Notes: a model not told the origin generated them from the letters alone. DNA of 64,000 nt from Calditrichia bacterium (GCA_963796965.1 CAWCNS010000011.1:576001-640000); one strand, 5' to 3'; numbered from the stretch's first letter, positions 33,822 to 46,050 are shown. Made by a program: numbers and translations.

Positions 33822-34370
33822 CTAAATATCTGTATTCAGTTCTAAAAGAATTTGTTCTACAATTTCATCCACTTCTTTGCCATCACGATCAATGACTATA
33901 TGTGCTTTTAGGTAACCTTCTTCCCTTTCACCCATCAAGATGTTCATACGTTCCAGGTATCTTTCCTTACTCCATTCTTCACCCTCATTGCGTAAAAGTG
34001 GTCTTCTGGTTGAATGTTTGATCCGCTTCCAAATTTCGACCGGATCACTTTTTATATAAATTAGCATCCCATCTTCAATAATATTGTTCACTGTTAGGGT
34101 TGACAAAAGGCTGCCACCACCTAATGATATTATATTTCGATCTGGTTGTGAGAGAACAGACAAAACTGTTTCTTCCTCAATCTTTCGGAACCACTCTTCG
34201 CCCTTTGCAGCAAAAATTCGGCTTATTCCCATTCCGACCTGACTCTCAATTTGTTCGTCCGTATCGATGAATCCGACATCCAGTTTCTGAGCCAAACGTT
34301 TGCCGATCGTACTTTTACCACTTCCCATAAATCCGGTTAAAAAGATGTGATTTAATAATTGACTACTCAT
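33822..34370 (-). CDS. aroK: Shikimate kinase
   Basis: GFMGSGKST, GEEWFR..E, SLGGG, RPLL. Confidence 0.93.
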   Translation of the reverse strand: MSSQLLNHIFLTGFMGSGKSTIGKRLAQKLDVGFIDTDEQIESQVGMGISRIFAAKGEEWFRKIEEETVLSVLSQPDRNIISLGGGSLLSTLTVNNIIEDGMLIYIKSDPVEIWKRIKHSTRRPLLRNEGEEWSKERYLERMNILMGEREEGYLKAHIVIDRDGKEVDEIVEQILLELNTDI

Positions 34371-34425
34371 TAGAAAGATTCACCCAAATAGAAAAATGAA
34401 GTCCATACATTCTGTATATTTTATA

Positions 34426-34528
34426 GATCACAAAGCATTCAGAAAAATTCACATAATTAATTTTTGATTGATTTTAAGTATTCTAATTGTAATAGATCAC
34501 TTTTATACTTCTGTGTAATTCTGTGGTT
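34426..34528. repeat. Degenerate 9-mer inverted-repeat element
   Basis: atcacaaag...aattcacataatt ... ttctgtgtaattctgtggtt. Confidence 0.5.
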
Positions 34529-34550
34529 AGACAACTTTTATTAAATATAG

Positions 34551-34600
34551 AGAAATCCCGGAGAACGGTGCAGGCTCAGAGGACCTACCAGGATTTTTTC
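34551..34600 (-). terminator. Long-loop hairpin / terminator after tyrA
   Basis: AAATCCTGG...CCGGGATTT stem (G-U only on minus strand) followed by a pyrimidine-rich tract. Confidence 0.5.
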
Positions 34601-34635
34601 TGCTATTTACATACTCTTATAGGCCAGATTAGCCT

Positions 34636-35397
34636 CTAAATATTGCTTCGGATACTTTTACTGATTTTATTAAAAGATTCTTCCCACTTTAACAAAACGC
34701 CTGAAGCGTTTGGATTGTATTTGTTGAAATCAAAAAACAACTCCTGTGTATCATTCATCACAACGTTCACAATTTGATCCAGCTTTTGTAATCCGGACAT
34801 CATCAAAGGCAAACGGGATATACCAAGATCATGAAGAGCCCGGCCAAGATGATGTACCAGGTTCAGATTAAAAGCCATTAATTCATCATGTTCTTCAGCA
34901 GTCATATTATAGACCTGTAATCCAAATTCCTCGGTCAATAACTGCACGAGAAATCTGTACTCTCCAAATGGAACCTGGCCGGGAATTAAGACCATCAAAT
35001 GGTCCCTAAGACGCACTCTAGCCGAATCCGGTCCAAAAAGAGGATGAGAGGCCACATAGAATATATCCTCTGGTAAATACGCCTCAAACCAATGCATTAC
35101 AGGCCCTTTAACAGATGCACAGTCAATTAAAACGGATCCAGGTTGAAATTTATCACGATTATCTTTTAAAAATTCCTCCAATTTCCCAATGGGGATTGTA
35201 AGAAAGATGAACTTTTTTTGAAGACATTCATCTAATGATCGCCATGATGCAAACCGTTCAATTTCTTTTTCTCGTTCTTTATCCTGATCATAGAAAAAGG
35301 TTGGATATAGTTTGCTAAGATGTTTTCCCCAAAATGTGCCGAACCTACCGGCACCTATAACTGCAAATTCAATATTATTTTCAGAGGGTAATTTCAA
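34636..35397 (-). CDS. tyrA: Prephenate/arogenate dehydrogenase
   Basis: IGAGRFG, DCASVK, HPLFGPDS, EEHDELMA. Confidence 0.85.
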   Translation of the reverse strand: MKLPSENNIEFAVIGAGRFGTFWGKHLSKLYPTFFYDQDKEREKEIERFASWRSLDECLQKKFIFLTIPIGKLEEFLKDNRDKFQPGSVLIDCASVKGPVMHWFEAYLPEDIFYVASHPLFGPDSARVRLRDHLMVLIPGQVPFGEYRFLVQLLTEEFGLQVYNMTAEEHDELMAFNLNLVHHLGRALHDLGISRLPLMMSGLQKLDQIVNVVMNDTQELFFDFNKYNPNASGVLLKWEESFNKISKSIRSNI

Positions 35398-35400
35398 TTT

Positions 35401-35667
35401 TTATTCCTGTGACTTGTAAGATGCTTCCAGGATTTGCTGCCAAATATTTGCAATTTTATCAGCATCAATTTTGAGATCCTGGCATTTTTTTTCTAATGCA
35501 TCAAATAAGGCTTTTTCGCGAGGGGTATCAATAATAGTCATGCCGTTCTCTTTTTTTACTAAGCCTATTTCTTTTGTAAGTTGCAGACGCTTTTTTATTA
35601 ATAGGAGTATATTATCATCCACAGCATCAATTTCTTCTCGTAATCTGGCAATTTTAGTTTCAGTCAT
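35401..35667 (-). CDS. Monofunctional chorismate mutase (CM type II)
   Basis: LREEIDAVDDNILLLIKKR...IG..K...D..RE. Confidence 0.85.
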   Translation of the reverse strand: MTETKIARLREEIDAVDDNILLLIKKRLQLTKEIGLVKKENGMTIIDTPREKALFDALEKKCQDLKIDADKIANIWQQILEASYKSQE

Positions 35668-35682
35668 ATTAAAAATCCCCAA

Positions 35683-36939
35683 TCAATCTATTGTTTTTTG
35701 CCAGTATGGTAAATGCTGCCAGAACTGGGGATATGATTTGTCCACACAATGGGGATCATTTATTTTAACATCCTCTATTCGGGTTCCGGCGACGGCAAAA
35801 CTCATAGCAATCCTATGATCGTTATAGGAGTTAATAATACCCCCATTATAGGTCTTTTGTGGAAAAATTGTCAATATACTGTTTTTATACTCGCTTTTTC
35901 CACCAAGTGTTTTGATATTTTCCTGAATTGCCTCAATGCGGTTGCTTTCTTTATATTCAAGCAATTTCACATTTCTTAATTTGCATGGTCCATCGCTGAA
36001 CATCCCCAAAACGCTCAGCGCAGGAACGAGATCCGGTGTATCTTCGCAATTTAGATCGAACGCCTTCTTCTTGTCGCCGATTATCTCGATCCGATCTGTA
36101 TAAAGCATTACTTCTGCTCCAACCTCTTCTGCGATACGTAATATTTCTTCGTCACCCTGGAGAGAGGGTATATTCATATTTTTCAAAACAACCTTAACAC
36201 CGTTAATCAAGGCATAAACGATCCAATAAGATGAGGCGGAGAAGTCCTTTTCCACAGATAACATCCAATCCAGATCCGGTTGACCAGCGACTACATGTAT
36301 CTCACTATTTGAATACTCAACATGTAATCTCAATCTTTTCATTAAATTGGCAGTCATTTTTATATAGGGGAGAGAGGGCATTCCCTCCGGCAGACGTACT
36401 GTCAGATTTTTTTCCATTTTCAACGCGGCCATCATAAGGGCAGATACAATTTGTGATGAAGGCAATATGGGAAATGTTATCTTTCCCCCTGTTGAATGTC
36501 CGGGTAAAGTGTCCACTGGAAGAGAGTTTGATGAATCCTTGTACTTATGACCAAATGTACCAATGGCTTCAAGGAGTTCAGAAAAGGGTCTGCTATGCAA
36601 ACGATCTGATCCATAAAAGCGCATAGGCTTATCCAGAAACGTGCCCAAGGGTATCAGAAACCTGGCTGAAGAGCCGGAATTACCCAAGTAGACTTCTGAA
36701 TCATTTGTCTTACCTATAGGATTAGTAACATGATATTGGCCATCAATTTCCTCAAAAACTGCTCCCATTTTTTCCAGAGCAACACGGGTAAGCTGTGTAT
36801 CCTCAGCCATTAATGCATTGGAAATTCTTGTCCTGCCTCTGTTTAAGGCGGCGAGGATAAATAATCGATGGGTGATACTTTTTGAGGAAGGCAGTTCTAT
36901 TACCCGATCTTCTGCTTTATCCGGAATAATTCGATGCAT
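35683..36939 (-). CDS. aroA: 3-phosphoshikimate 1-carboxyvinyltransferase (EPSP synthase)
   Basis: PSSKSITHR, GNSGSSARF, SSQIVSAL, KESNRI, DHRIAMSF, KSYPQF. Confidence 0.95.
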   Translation of the reverse strand: MHRIIPDKAEDRVIELPSSKSITHRLFILAALNRGRTRISNALMAEDTQLTRVALEKMGAVFEEIDGQYHVTNPIGKTNDSEVYLGNSGSSARFLIPLGTFLDKPMRFYGSDRLHSRPFSELLEAIGTFGHKYKDSSNSLPVDTLPGHSTGGKITFPILPSSQIVSALMMAALKMEKNLTVRLPEGMPSLPYIKMTANLMKRLRLHVEYSNSEIHVVAGQPDLDWMLSVEKDFSASSYWIVYALINGVKVVLKNMNIPSLQGDEEILRIAEEVGAEVMLYTDRIEIIGDKKKAFDLNCEDTPDLVPALSVLGMFSDGPCKLRNVKLLEYKESNRIEAIQENIKTLGGKSEYKNSILTIFPQKTYNGGIINSYNDHRIAMSFAVAGTRIEDVKINDPHCVDKSYPQFWQHLPYWQKTID

Positions 36940-37978
36940 TCTTTTCAATTTCCTTCTGTTTCTTCTTTCTCAAAGCAATAACAGAATCATATATCGTCTG
37001 CCAATCTTTGAGAAACTCATCCATCTGGTCATAATTTAAGGATTGATTTCCATCTGAGAATGCTTCGTAAGGACGTGGATGTACTTCTACCATCATCCCA
37101 TCAGCACCGGCAGCCATTCCGCCCAGCGATACCGGCGTAATTAGATCGGTTCGCCCGGTAGCATGACTTGCGTCAATAATGATCGGTAAATGAGAGACAT
37201 TCTTAATCATCGGAACTATATTAAGGTCAAACGTATTGCGTGTGAACTCGACAAAAGTCCGAATTCCTCTCTCACACAACATAACCTTTTCATTTCCCTC
37301 CGATAAAATATATTCCGCACTCATTAAGAATTCATTCAGGGTAGCAGAAATTCCTCGTTTTAGGAAGACCGGTTTATCTGTTTTACCTAATGCCTTTAGT
37401 AGTTTAAAATGCTGCATATTTCTTGCACCTACCTGAAAAATGTCCACATAGTCATATAGCAGGTCAATATCACTAATTTCCATCACTTCAGAGATAACAG
37501 GCAGGTTATGGGCTTGTCCTGCTGCCTGAAGCCATTCTGCTCCAATTTTACCCAGGCCTTGAAATGCATAGGGACTTGATCGGGGTTTAAACACACCACC
37601 CCTGAGAATATTTACACCTTGTTTTGACATCTCTTTGGCAATATCCCATATTTGTTCTTCAGTTTCCACTGAACAGGGGCCGGCAAAAATTACCGGTTCT
37701 ATTCCACCGATATCGACCTTACCAACTTTTATGATCGTGTTTTTTGGATGAAAATTTCTTGAGGTCAGTTTATAGGGTTCTAAAATTCTAATCACCTTCG
37801 TAACCCCAGGGAATGCTTCCAAAGCCATCTGATCTAAATCACGTTTATCACCGATAATCCCAAGCACCTTTCTTTCTATGCCTTCAGATTCATGCAGTCG
37901 TGCGCCGGTCTTGGTGATATATGTTTTTAAATTCTCAAGCTCTTCTGGTTTGATCTTGTTATCTAATACAATAATCAT
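36917..37978 (-). CDS. aroF: DAHP synthase type I-beta with N-terminal regulatory domain
   Basis: AGPCSVE, RGG.FKPRSSPY.FQG, QVGARNMQ, CERGIRTF, SDGNQSL. Confidence 0.93.
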   Translation of the reverse strand: MIIVLDNKIKPEELENLKTYITKTGARLHESEGIERKVLGIIGDKRDLDQMALEAFPGVTKVIRILEPYKLTSRNFHPKNTIIKVGKVDIGGIEPVIFAGPCSVETEEQIWDIAKEMSKQGVNILRGGVFKPRSSPYAFQGLGKIGAEWLQAAGQAHNLPVISEVMEISDIDLLYDYVDIFQVGARNMQHFKLLKALGKTDKPVFLKRGISATLNEFLMSAEYILSEGNEKVMLCERGIRTFVEFTRNTFDLNIVPMIKNVSHLPIIIDASHATGRTDLITPVSLGGMAAGADGMMVEVHPRPYEAFSDGNQSLNYDQMDEFLKDWQTIYDSVIALRKKKQKEIEKNASNYSG

Positions 37979-38113
37979 TTTTCTCTCGCTATTTTATATA
38001 AATTTTTTTATCAAACTGACAACTGTAATTATTTGCCAGACTTGCTTTACATTTACCTAATTTACGAATTTTATAGGGACTTTTTAAGTTAAAATGGTCT
38101 CAGGGGAAGATTC

Positions 38114-38726
38114 TTAGATATATTTTGTCAAAAAACTTTTTCGGTGACAGGCACTAAGGCCGGTTTTTCGAATTGCCTCTAAGTGATTTCTGGATCCATA
38201 ACCCTTATTTTTTTCCAGATGGTATTGAGGGTAGGTCTCACTGAGACTCTCCATATACACATCTCTGAATTCCTTGGCGATGATTGAAGCTGCTGCGATC
38301 GTGAATGAGCGGTTATCCCCTTTTATAATTCCTCGCACCGGTATCGATAAGTGCCTGACCGATTCCCCATCTACAAGCACAAAGTCCGGCTTAAAGGATA
38401 AACCATTCAATGCTCTGCGCATGGCCATAAAAGTTGCTATTCGGATATTAAAAAAGTCTATTTCCTGTTCAGAAGCAGACCCAATATTCCAGGATAAAGC
38501 TTCTTTACATAATAATTCTTTCAGCTCTTTCTTTTTTTTTCTACTTAATTGTTTAGAATCTTTTACCCCTGCATGAAAGAAGTCTGACCTGAAGATTGCA
38601 GCACAGGCCATAACCGGTCCGGCCACAGATCCTCTACCCACCTCATCAATTCCACAAATATGTTTAATCCCACATTTCCATATATTTTTTCTCGATCTCT
38701 AATCTGTCAGGTATTGATGCTTTCAT
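38114..38726 (-). CDS. rnhB: Ribonuclease HII (indel in A-run near 38685)
   Basis: GIDEVGRGSVAGPV, DSKQL, IIKGD, AASIIAK, NKGYG, HRKSF. Confidence 0.93.
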
Positions 38727-38803
38727 CAAATTATTCAGTCTATATATACCGGTATTGATTACTCTTATCCTGGCTACAAATACTCACTTTATGTGATCCG
38801 TAC

Positions 38804-38928
38804 CATGTCAACATTCCCAATGCCGACATTTAATGTCCACAATCTGAATTTTAAAAAATGTAAAATAAATTTTGAGATAGATTCAATGGGACTTTGATTT
38901 GACATTGGTGCTTCGGGCATTCGACATG
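38804..38928. repeat. AATGTC-type heptamer inverted element
   Basis: catgtcaacattcccaatgccgacatttaatgtcc ... tttgacattggtgcttcgggcattcgacatg. Confidence 0.5.
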
Positions 38929-38938
38929 CTTCATTTGG

Positions 38939-38979
38939 ACTCTCCTCTCTACTTCTCTCTACTCTCTACACTCTACTCT
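38939..38979. repeat. CTCTACT heptamer tandem repeat
   Basis: ctcctctctacttctctctactctctacactctactct just after the peptidase stop. Confidence 0.6.
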
Positions 38980-38986
38980 TAATATT

Positions 38987-41630
38987 CTATATCTCCGTAC
39001 TTTTCAACAACAACGCATTAAATAAAAGTTTATATGAAGCCTGGGTCGATGCTCTAAACTGAGGGTTAAAGGCATACAATACCAGCTGTCCTTTTCCCTT
39101 TTTCAACCAAACCATAGCCGTTTTATTTTCCAGCTTTTCTACCATTTCACAATACCCGCTGAGCAGAATATCCTTCTCAGGAAAGGTGGCAATAACTCTG
39201 CGATCCATATCAAAATCTGGGATCGATGTCCTGAAAACCGGACGGCCACGGTAGAATATCCCAATTTTGTTCGGAAGTCCAAGGGTAAGAGGATGCTCAG
39301 GCAATACATTTATACCAACCAGCGAACCTGGACAATACAAACCTTCTTTTTGAAGTTGATCAGAGATATCCGTAAAGGGCAACTGGAAAGAATCCGATTT
39401 ATCATCATCGAGGGGTATTTCTAATGTTCCTTTAAAAAGACGGGTCGATCTTCCCCAGGCAATAATCAACCCACCACTCTCAAGATATGTCATCAGATTT
39501 GCCATTCCCTCTTTACCAATCCCCGCTGTAAATTCTGGTGGATAATTGCTTATGTAATATTCTCCTTCAGATTTCCATTTGCCATCCATAAGAACCGACT
39601 TAGCCACATCCGGAAAAATGACAACATCATAATCCTTTTGAAAATTTATATCCTTGAATTCGCCTGGACGGATTACCTTATACGGAACATTATACTGGTC
39701 AAAAACAAAACGTGTCCATCCTGCATCCATATCATGAAAATAAGTTTCAACCAAGGCGATTCGCTGCATTTTAATCGCCTTTGCTCTGACATCCGGTTTT
39801 TGGTTTAAATACAGGGGTGATGATCCGAGTGGTTCAATAATCTTTGCCAAAGTCTGGCCTTCGCCGGATACGATAAAACTTCCAATGGGCAAAGTTTTTC
39901 CATCCACGTCAAATTCTGCGCGTGTTCTTTTCACTTCTAACCCATTAGCAACGGCATTAAATGCTGCTTTAAAACTTTCATTTTGATTAGAAGTGAATAC
40001 AGCTCCCCAATATGCATTTGGTGAAGATGATTTTAGATTGAAAGTCCGGTCAATAAGTTTTAGACTTTTTTCTAATTTCTCTGATCTTTTATCAATCTGT
40101 ACAGAAGTGACACTCCGATGCAATGGTAATGACCAGGAAGTAATATCATAAGGCTTAATGATTTTTCCATCGGGCGTATAATGACGAACCGGGAATTCCT
40201 GTTCTTCCAGAACTTCTTTTACAAAAGGGCGAAAAGGTTGTGCCAATGGGAACGACGATATCGCCTTTACGATACAAGCGTATCATCTAATTTCATACGT
40301 TTTCTAATTGGTAAACATCGACGCCATGTTCCTGTAACAAATTTACCAGATTAACCAATTCACTTTCATCATGCTGTTTTAAAGGCAAGATATAGTAATA
40401 AGGAGCTTTGGTCTGTCCCCTCGATTGACCTCTCTTTTACAAATATCGTTTCGAAACTCAAGTATTTTTCCTCTGTATAGAGAGGCCGTTTCAATAATAG
40501 AATAGGTAGACACAATTTCATAATCTACAATATCTCCCAAACGCCACCAACCTCCCGGCCAGGGATCAGGCATATTGATGCTTTTTTTGTATTCGGATAA
40601 ACCTTTTCCATATACACTTAATTCATTTGGTTCGATAAAGATTGGTTTAGCATAATCCGTACTTGCACATTCGGTTAAGAATACCAATTACATTTTTCCA
40701 GATACATGTTTCCGTTGAACCTGGCCAATAATCGTCAAAAATATAATGTTGTGAAACACCTCTCAATCCCTCTGCTGTCATATGTTTAATCAGATTAGCT
40801 CCAAATAAGCCGGTCCAGTTCCAAACACCGGCCTCAATATTTTCAGCGATAGGGTCATGAATCGGTGGAACAAAGTAACGGGGTCCCGTGCTGCCCATCT
40901 GATGTTTTTCAACCATAACCTGAGGAAACCAGGTCTGGTTATAGATAGCGGCAATGGCCCGTGTGTCTTCCTGTGAAAGGATCACAAAATCACGGTTATT
41001 ATCATGTCCAACATATTTATGATATACACCGGGCATGGAACTTCCTTCATACTTTGTACCTTTATACTTTTTATAGTGGTTTACAATCATGTCCATACCA
41101 TCAGGATTGTGGCAGGGAACCATCATATAGACCACATTACTCAGCCATTGGAGTCGGCTGGGATCAGCGGTAGTCGCCAAATCATAAGCGATAAGTGGTG
41201 CCGATTGAGAAGGCCCTACCTCACCAGAGTGCATGGAAAGTGTCGCTAAAACAAATACTTTTCCATCCCGGGTAAATTGGGATTTTTCCACATCAGATAG
41301 ATCAGGGTCAAGTGCTAATTTTTTATTGATTTTCCGTAATTTTTCCAAATTTTTGATATTGCTCTCAGACGAAATAAATGCAATATACATCTTCTTACCA
41401 AGTGGTGAACTTCCGATCTCCTCCAGTTTAATTCGATCCGACAAGACATCAACTTTTTGCAAGTAGTTAATAAGATCTTCATAAGTGAATAACATCCGGT
41501 CAGTGCCGGGCTTAAAACCAAAAAAGGATTCAGGTGTAGGAACCTCATCATAATTTTGTGCATGAGTTCCAACTAATAAGGCAAACAAAAGAATAAATAA
41601 GAGCATCAGGGTACTTTTCACAATCATCAT
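38987..41630 (-). CDS. Secreted M14 zinc carboxypeptidase with C-terminal GATase-like domain (indels)
   Basis: Signal peptide, HSGE, NPDG, DNNRD, EKHQMG; C-terminal DAGWTRFVF, FNPQFR; three ORF pieces. Confidence 0.85.
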
Positions 41631-41750
41631 CCCTCCTCAATTATGCACAAGATGGATTATTGTTAAAATTTCAATCAGAAGTGGGCAGAAATTACAAAAA
41701 TTATGAATAAATGTACATTGGACTTTAAAAAAATACACGATATAAACTAT

Positions 41751-44163
41751 TTACCGCCAATTTTTACGTACAATATTTTCGGGTCCAATCAATAATTGTA
41801 CACTTCCTTCCTGACTGGAAAGAAAGGTCCGAACTCCCCAATTCTCGAGTCTTTCAATAGTATGAGCCGAGGGGTGATTAAATTTATTTTTTTTTGCCAC
41901 AGATATAATCACTGCAATTGGGTCCACCTTCTCTAATAATCTCTGAGAAGTGGAGGTTATACTCCCATGATGTCCAACCTTCAATATTTCACTTTCAAGA
42001 AATGAGTTGTATGTCAGTGTCGGAATCTCACCTTCTCTCTCAAGATCTCCCACAAAAAGTATACTGTTCTCGCCATATTGAATTTTCATTACAAGAGAGC
42101 TGTTATTACATTCCATACCACTAAAATTTGCGGCCTGACAAAATGTACTGTCTGGATGCAAAATATAGACGCGACATTTCGGATCTGCAAAAAGTTGGTC
42201 TCCCCTATGGACTGTTTTAAGAAAAATTTGATTTCTTGCCCGTATGCGCTCTATATCCCTAAATAAATGCGAATGATATTTATAGGAGCTCTAAAACCAA
42301 TGTATCGACAGTTAGATTTTCCAATAAATGAGGGAAACCGCCAATATGATCATTATGAGCATGGGATCCTACCAGGTAATTAATCCTTGTGATACCCTCA
42401 GATTGTAAAAAAGGAAGAACTGTTTTCTCACCATAATTCCAGTACCGGGAGGCACTTCCAGCATCAATTAACATATTTTTTCCATTGGGAAATTCTAAAA
42501 ACGCAGCATCTCCCTGACCAACATCCAGGAAAGTTACTTTTAAAATGTCAGCTGCTTTTATCCAAGAAACCAACACAAGCAAGATCACCGGCAGAATTGA
42601 ATACGCCAGCATTTTAACCCCTCCATATGTTTTTATGTTAAAAATTAGATAAATCCAAACATAGAGAAGTAATATTTGGTAGAGTGTGGGTCTTATTGTT
42701 ATGATTGAAGCAAAAGGTAGTTGGGCAAAGAGTTCCGTAACAGTCTGAAGTATACTATCTATGAAAACGATCATGGTTCCAAGACCCAGGGCTAAAAATG
42801 TAGAAAGGGCCGCAGTCAAAAGAAGGAATAGACTTAGGAATACAATTACGCCGGCCATTGGAATGATAATCAGATTTGCAAAAATCGCATAGAGGGGTAT
42901 GCTTCCGTAATAAAAAAGTGTTAGAGGTAATGTTCCTAACACCGCAGCCACAGATACCAGAAGAGGTATCCAAATCGCCTTAACAATGATCCTGCTAATC
43001 CATGAGGATTGTGACCCTTTTAAATATTTATTTAAAGGCAAAATATCGTTTAATCTCTCATATCCATAAATGATTGATAGTACAGCGAGAAAGGAAAACT
43101 GAAATCCCGGTTTGAATAATTCTCTGGGATCAATCATCAGAATGAGAAACATGGAGGCAAATATAATATTGTAAACGGAAGCCCGCCGTTCAATTCCTTT
43201 CGCTATCAGAAACATTATTGCCATGGCAGAGGCCCGGATGACAGGTATCTTAAATCGTACCAGAATGACATATATGATCAGGATGGTTACAAGAAATGCT
43301 AATTTTTTGCCCTGGCTAAACCGTAGCAAGGAGGCAAAACCAAAAACAAAGGCAATTATAAATCCCACATGTAGTCCCGAAATAGCCAAAACATGAACGA
43401 CACCTACTTGTTGGAATAATGTTAACATTTCAGAGCCCAGATTCTGTTTTTCTCCCAGAATTAATGCCTTTAAAAGAGCACTTGTTTTTTCTGATACATA
43501 CGTATCGAATGTTTTTCTAAAATAGGCTCTCAGAGGTACAACCATATATTGGAGAAGAAAGGTGCCCTGTTGATGTCCAATAATTGTAAATGTATCTGAC
43601 GGACTTATTGTCAACAGGTGATAGACATCCTGCTCGGCTAGATATTGGGAATAATCGAATTGACCTGGAAATCTTTTTTTTTCCGGTAAAGTTAATTTAC
43701 CAAAGAATCGTATTCGGTCACCATAACGAAATTTTGTACTTATATTTTTTGTTCTTAATAAGACCTTGCCAGATACCAGGTTTTCTTCTGTCAAAGATGC
43801 GATTTTTTTGACAGATAGTAGAAATCGGTTTCGACCATCTCTTTTTATAAAACAATCATCAATGATACCTTCAATAAACTTAATATTTTTTATATCATAT
43901 TTGCATAAATGATTTTTCGGCAGCAATGTTGTTGAGATATTAAATCTGATGGCCATTGATCCCAAAATTGTGAGGAGGAGAAATAAATTTGATACACCTG
44001 TGCGGTTTTTTAAGCGAAAGAAACCAGCGAGACATAGAACTGAAAGTGTCAGAATTATGGCCTGAGCCAAGGGCAAAAGGAATCGGGCTCCCAGAATTCC
44101 TGTAACAGCAAAAATACAAAATAGTATGAAGGGATTCTTTTTGAAAATGTCGGTCATATTCAC
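41751..44163 (-). CDS. comEC: DNA uptake competence protein ComEC/Rec2 (indel near 42160-42280)
   Basis: HVLAISGLHVG, RASAM, GFQFSF, DVGQGDA, SHAHNDHIGG, NNSSLV, KVGHHGS. Confidence 0.92.
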
Positions 44164-44203
44164 ACCTAAATAAACATGAAAAGTGCAAATATAATGCCGT
44201 AAC

Positions 44204-44941
44204 TCAGAACTCTATTTCCATTCCTTCCTCAGCAATTATAATTTTACCTTTAAAATATTTTGCCGCTTCACCTGCCGGATCCATTTCCCGAACTTCAGGA
44301 TACATATGTGTTAAAAGAAGCTGATCTACTTCTGATAGTGCAGCTAATTTTCCTGCTAATCCTGGTGTAAGATGTCCCTTTATCTTGGTTTCTTCTGTAT
44401 TCGAAGCTTCCATTATCGCTAACTGACTACCCTTTGCATGAGATCCGATGTTCTCATCATAATCCGTATCACCTGAGTAAAAAAGAGTTGTGTTATTTTT
44501 TTCAATTCGAAAACAAATACTATTATCCGAATGTAATGTTGGTATTGCCTTTATAATATATACTCCGATTTTCAATGGTCGTTTATCCAATTCTATCATT
44601 CTTATATTCATTTCTTGTGGCCAGGCTCCGATCTGATTTGTTAATTTTATATACCACTCATTCAAACCATTTGGGCCAATAAGGGTGAGTGGTTTATCCC
44701 GGTTCTCGATAGTTAAATATCTTTCCTGAAGGAAAGGTGCAAAATCGGAGGTATGATCAACATGGAAGTGACTAAACAGAATAACATCAATCTTTGATAT
44801 ACCGATCTGATGGTGATGAAGTGCTCGCCAAATACCAGGTCCGCAATCAATTAGAGTCTTTTGGTCGAGTAAATAGCCTGAACAATTTCTGGCCATCCCT
44901 TTTTGAATAATTGTACCACAGCCAAGAACGATCAAATTCAT
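44204..44941 (-). CDS. MBL-fold hydrolase (RNase Z-like)
   Basis: LIDCGPG, SHFHVDH, YSGDT, GHLT, LTHMYP. Confidence 0.8.
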   Translation of the reverse strand: MNLIVLGCGTIIQKGMARNCSGYLLDQKTLIDCGPGIWRALHHHQIGISKIDVILFSHFHVDHTSDFAPFLQERYLTIENRDKPLTLIGPNGLNEWYIKLTNQIGAWPQEMNIRMIELDKRPLKIGVYIIKAIPTLHSDNSICFRIEKNNTTLFYSGDTDYDENIGSHAKGSQLAIMEASNTEETKIKGHLTPGLAGKLAALSEVDQLLLTHMYPEVREMDPAGEAAKYFKGKIIIAEEGMEIEF

Positions 44942-45042
44942 TTTTTATCCTATTTTCTTATATTTTGATTTAATATCTATAAAATAGCGTCGATAATGAA
45001 TGTAATTTAGATTTATTCCAAATTTAAAACCAGGAGATTGCA

Positions 45043-46050
45043 ATGAATTTGTCTAAAATCGTTATGTCAATTGTTCTCATATCATTACTTTCGCTTACCG
45101 CCTTTAATTGCGGTAGTGATCCGGCTGTGGAAGGTGAGAAGGCTTTTCAAAGTGCTAATTATATGCTGGCGATTAAACATTATATTGAAGCAAAAAAGGA
45201 AAACCCAGATAATAAAAACGCCTTTGATGAAAAAATTGCCATATCGTATATGTTACGTGGTCAGGAGCTTTATAACCGTACAAAAAATGTTAAGTCCTTC
45301 AGTGGCAATTTCGAAAAAGCACTCGATTATATCCCGGATAATCCTTCAGCGGATTTTAATCAGCAGTATAGTGAAGTCTTATATTCAATTGCCAATGCTT
45401 ATATGAATGCCCGGCCTGAGAATGAAATCCAGAAAGAAGAATATCTAAACAAAACACTTAATTATCTGGAAGACGCTCTCGTTAATGATGAGAACAATTC
45501 CAACGCCTCAGAATTGTTAGATAAAATAAAATCTGATAATTTCCAAAAGATGCTCAATAAGGGAAAAGATTTTTATTCAAAAGCAGGGCGTACAAAAAAT
45601 AATGATTATTATATTAATGCTGAATACTATTTTCAAAGGGCGGCTTATTTTGATATTCATAATAAAGATGCTGAAAAAATGCTCTCCAAAACCCGTAAAA
45701 AGACACTTTCTATTCTGAATAACCGGGATGACTTAGCAATGGCAGTCGCAGACATGAGCAGACAGAGCCAAAATCTTATTCTGGATCTTACTATTAAGAA
45801 TTACGCTACAAGCCCAATTACGCTCGACATAAAAAACTTTGAAATCGTAGATGTTAATGGGAATTCATATAAAATCAATGAACAAATGATGAATGAAAAG
45901 TTCAAAGATAAAAAATTGAAAAATCAGAAACTTGCTGAATTAAAGCTGGCTGAAGGTTACATCGTTTTTTCGATTCCTAAAAAGGCAAAAATTGATTACA
46001 TGGGCTATCAATTAAGCGAAGAAGAAACTGCAAAAAAATACTTTCCATAA
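45043..46050 (+). CDS. Lipoprotein with TPR-like helices and C-terminal Ig-like (DUF4352-like) domain
   Basis: AGGAG RBS, lipobox TAFNC, helical repeats, LDLTIKN...FEIVD.NG..Y...GYIVFSIP. Confidence 0.65.
   Translation: MNLSKIVMSIVLISLLSLTAFNCGSDPAVEGEKAFQSANYMLAIKHYIEAKKENPDNKNAFDEKIAISYMLRGQELYNRTKNVKSFSGNFEKALDYIPDNPSADFNQQYSEVLYSIANAYMNARPENEIQKEEYLNKTLNYLEDALVNDENNSNASELLDKIKSDNFQKMLNKGKDFYSKAGRTKNNDYYINAEYYFQRAAYFDIHNKDAEKMLSKTRKKTLSILNNRDDLAMAVADMSRQSQNLILDLTIKNYATSPITLDIKNFEIVDVNGNSYKINEQMMNEKFKDKKLKNQKLAELKLAEGYIVFSIPKKAKIDYMGYQLSEEETAKKYFP

Noticed and set aside
37979..38113. Attenuator leader peptide upstream of aroF
   Set aside because: No aromatic-codon-rich mini-ORF or terminator/antiterminator pair seen
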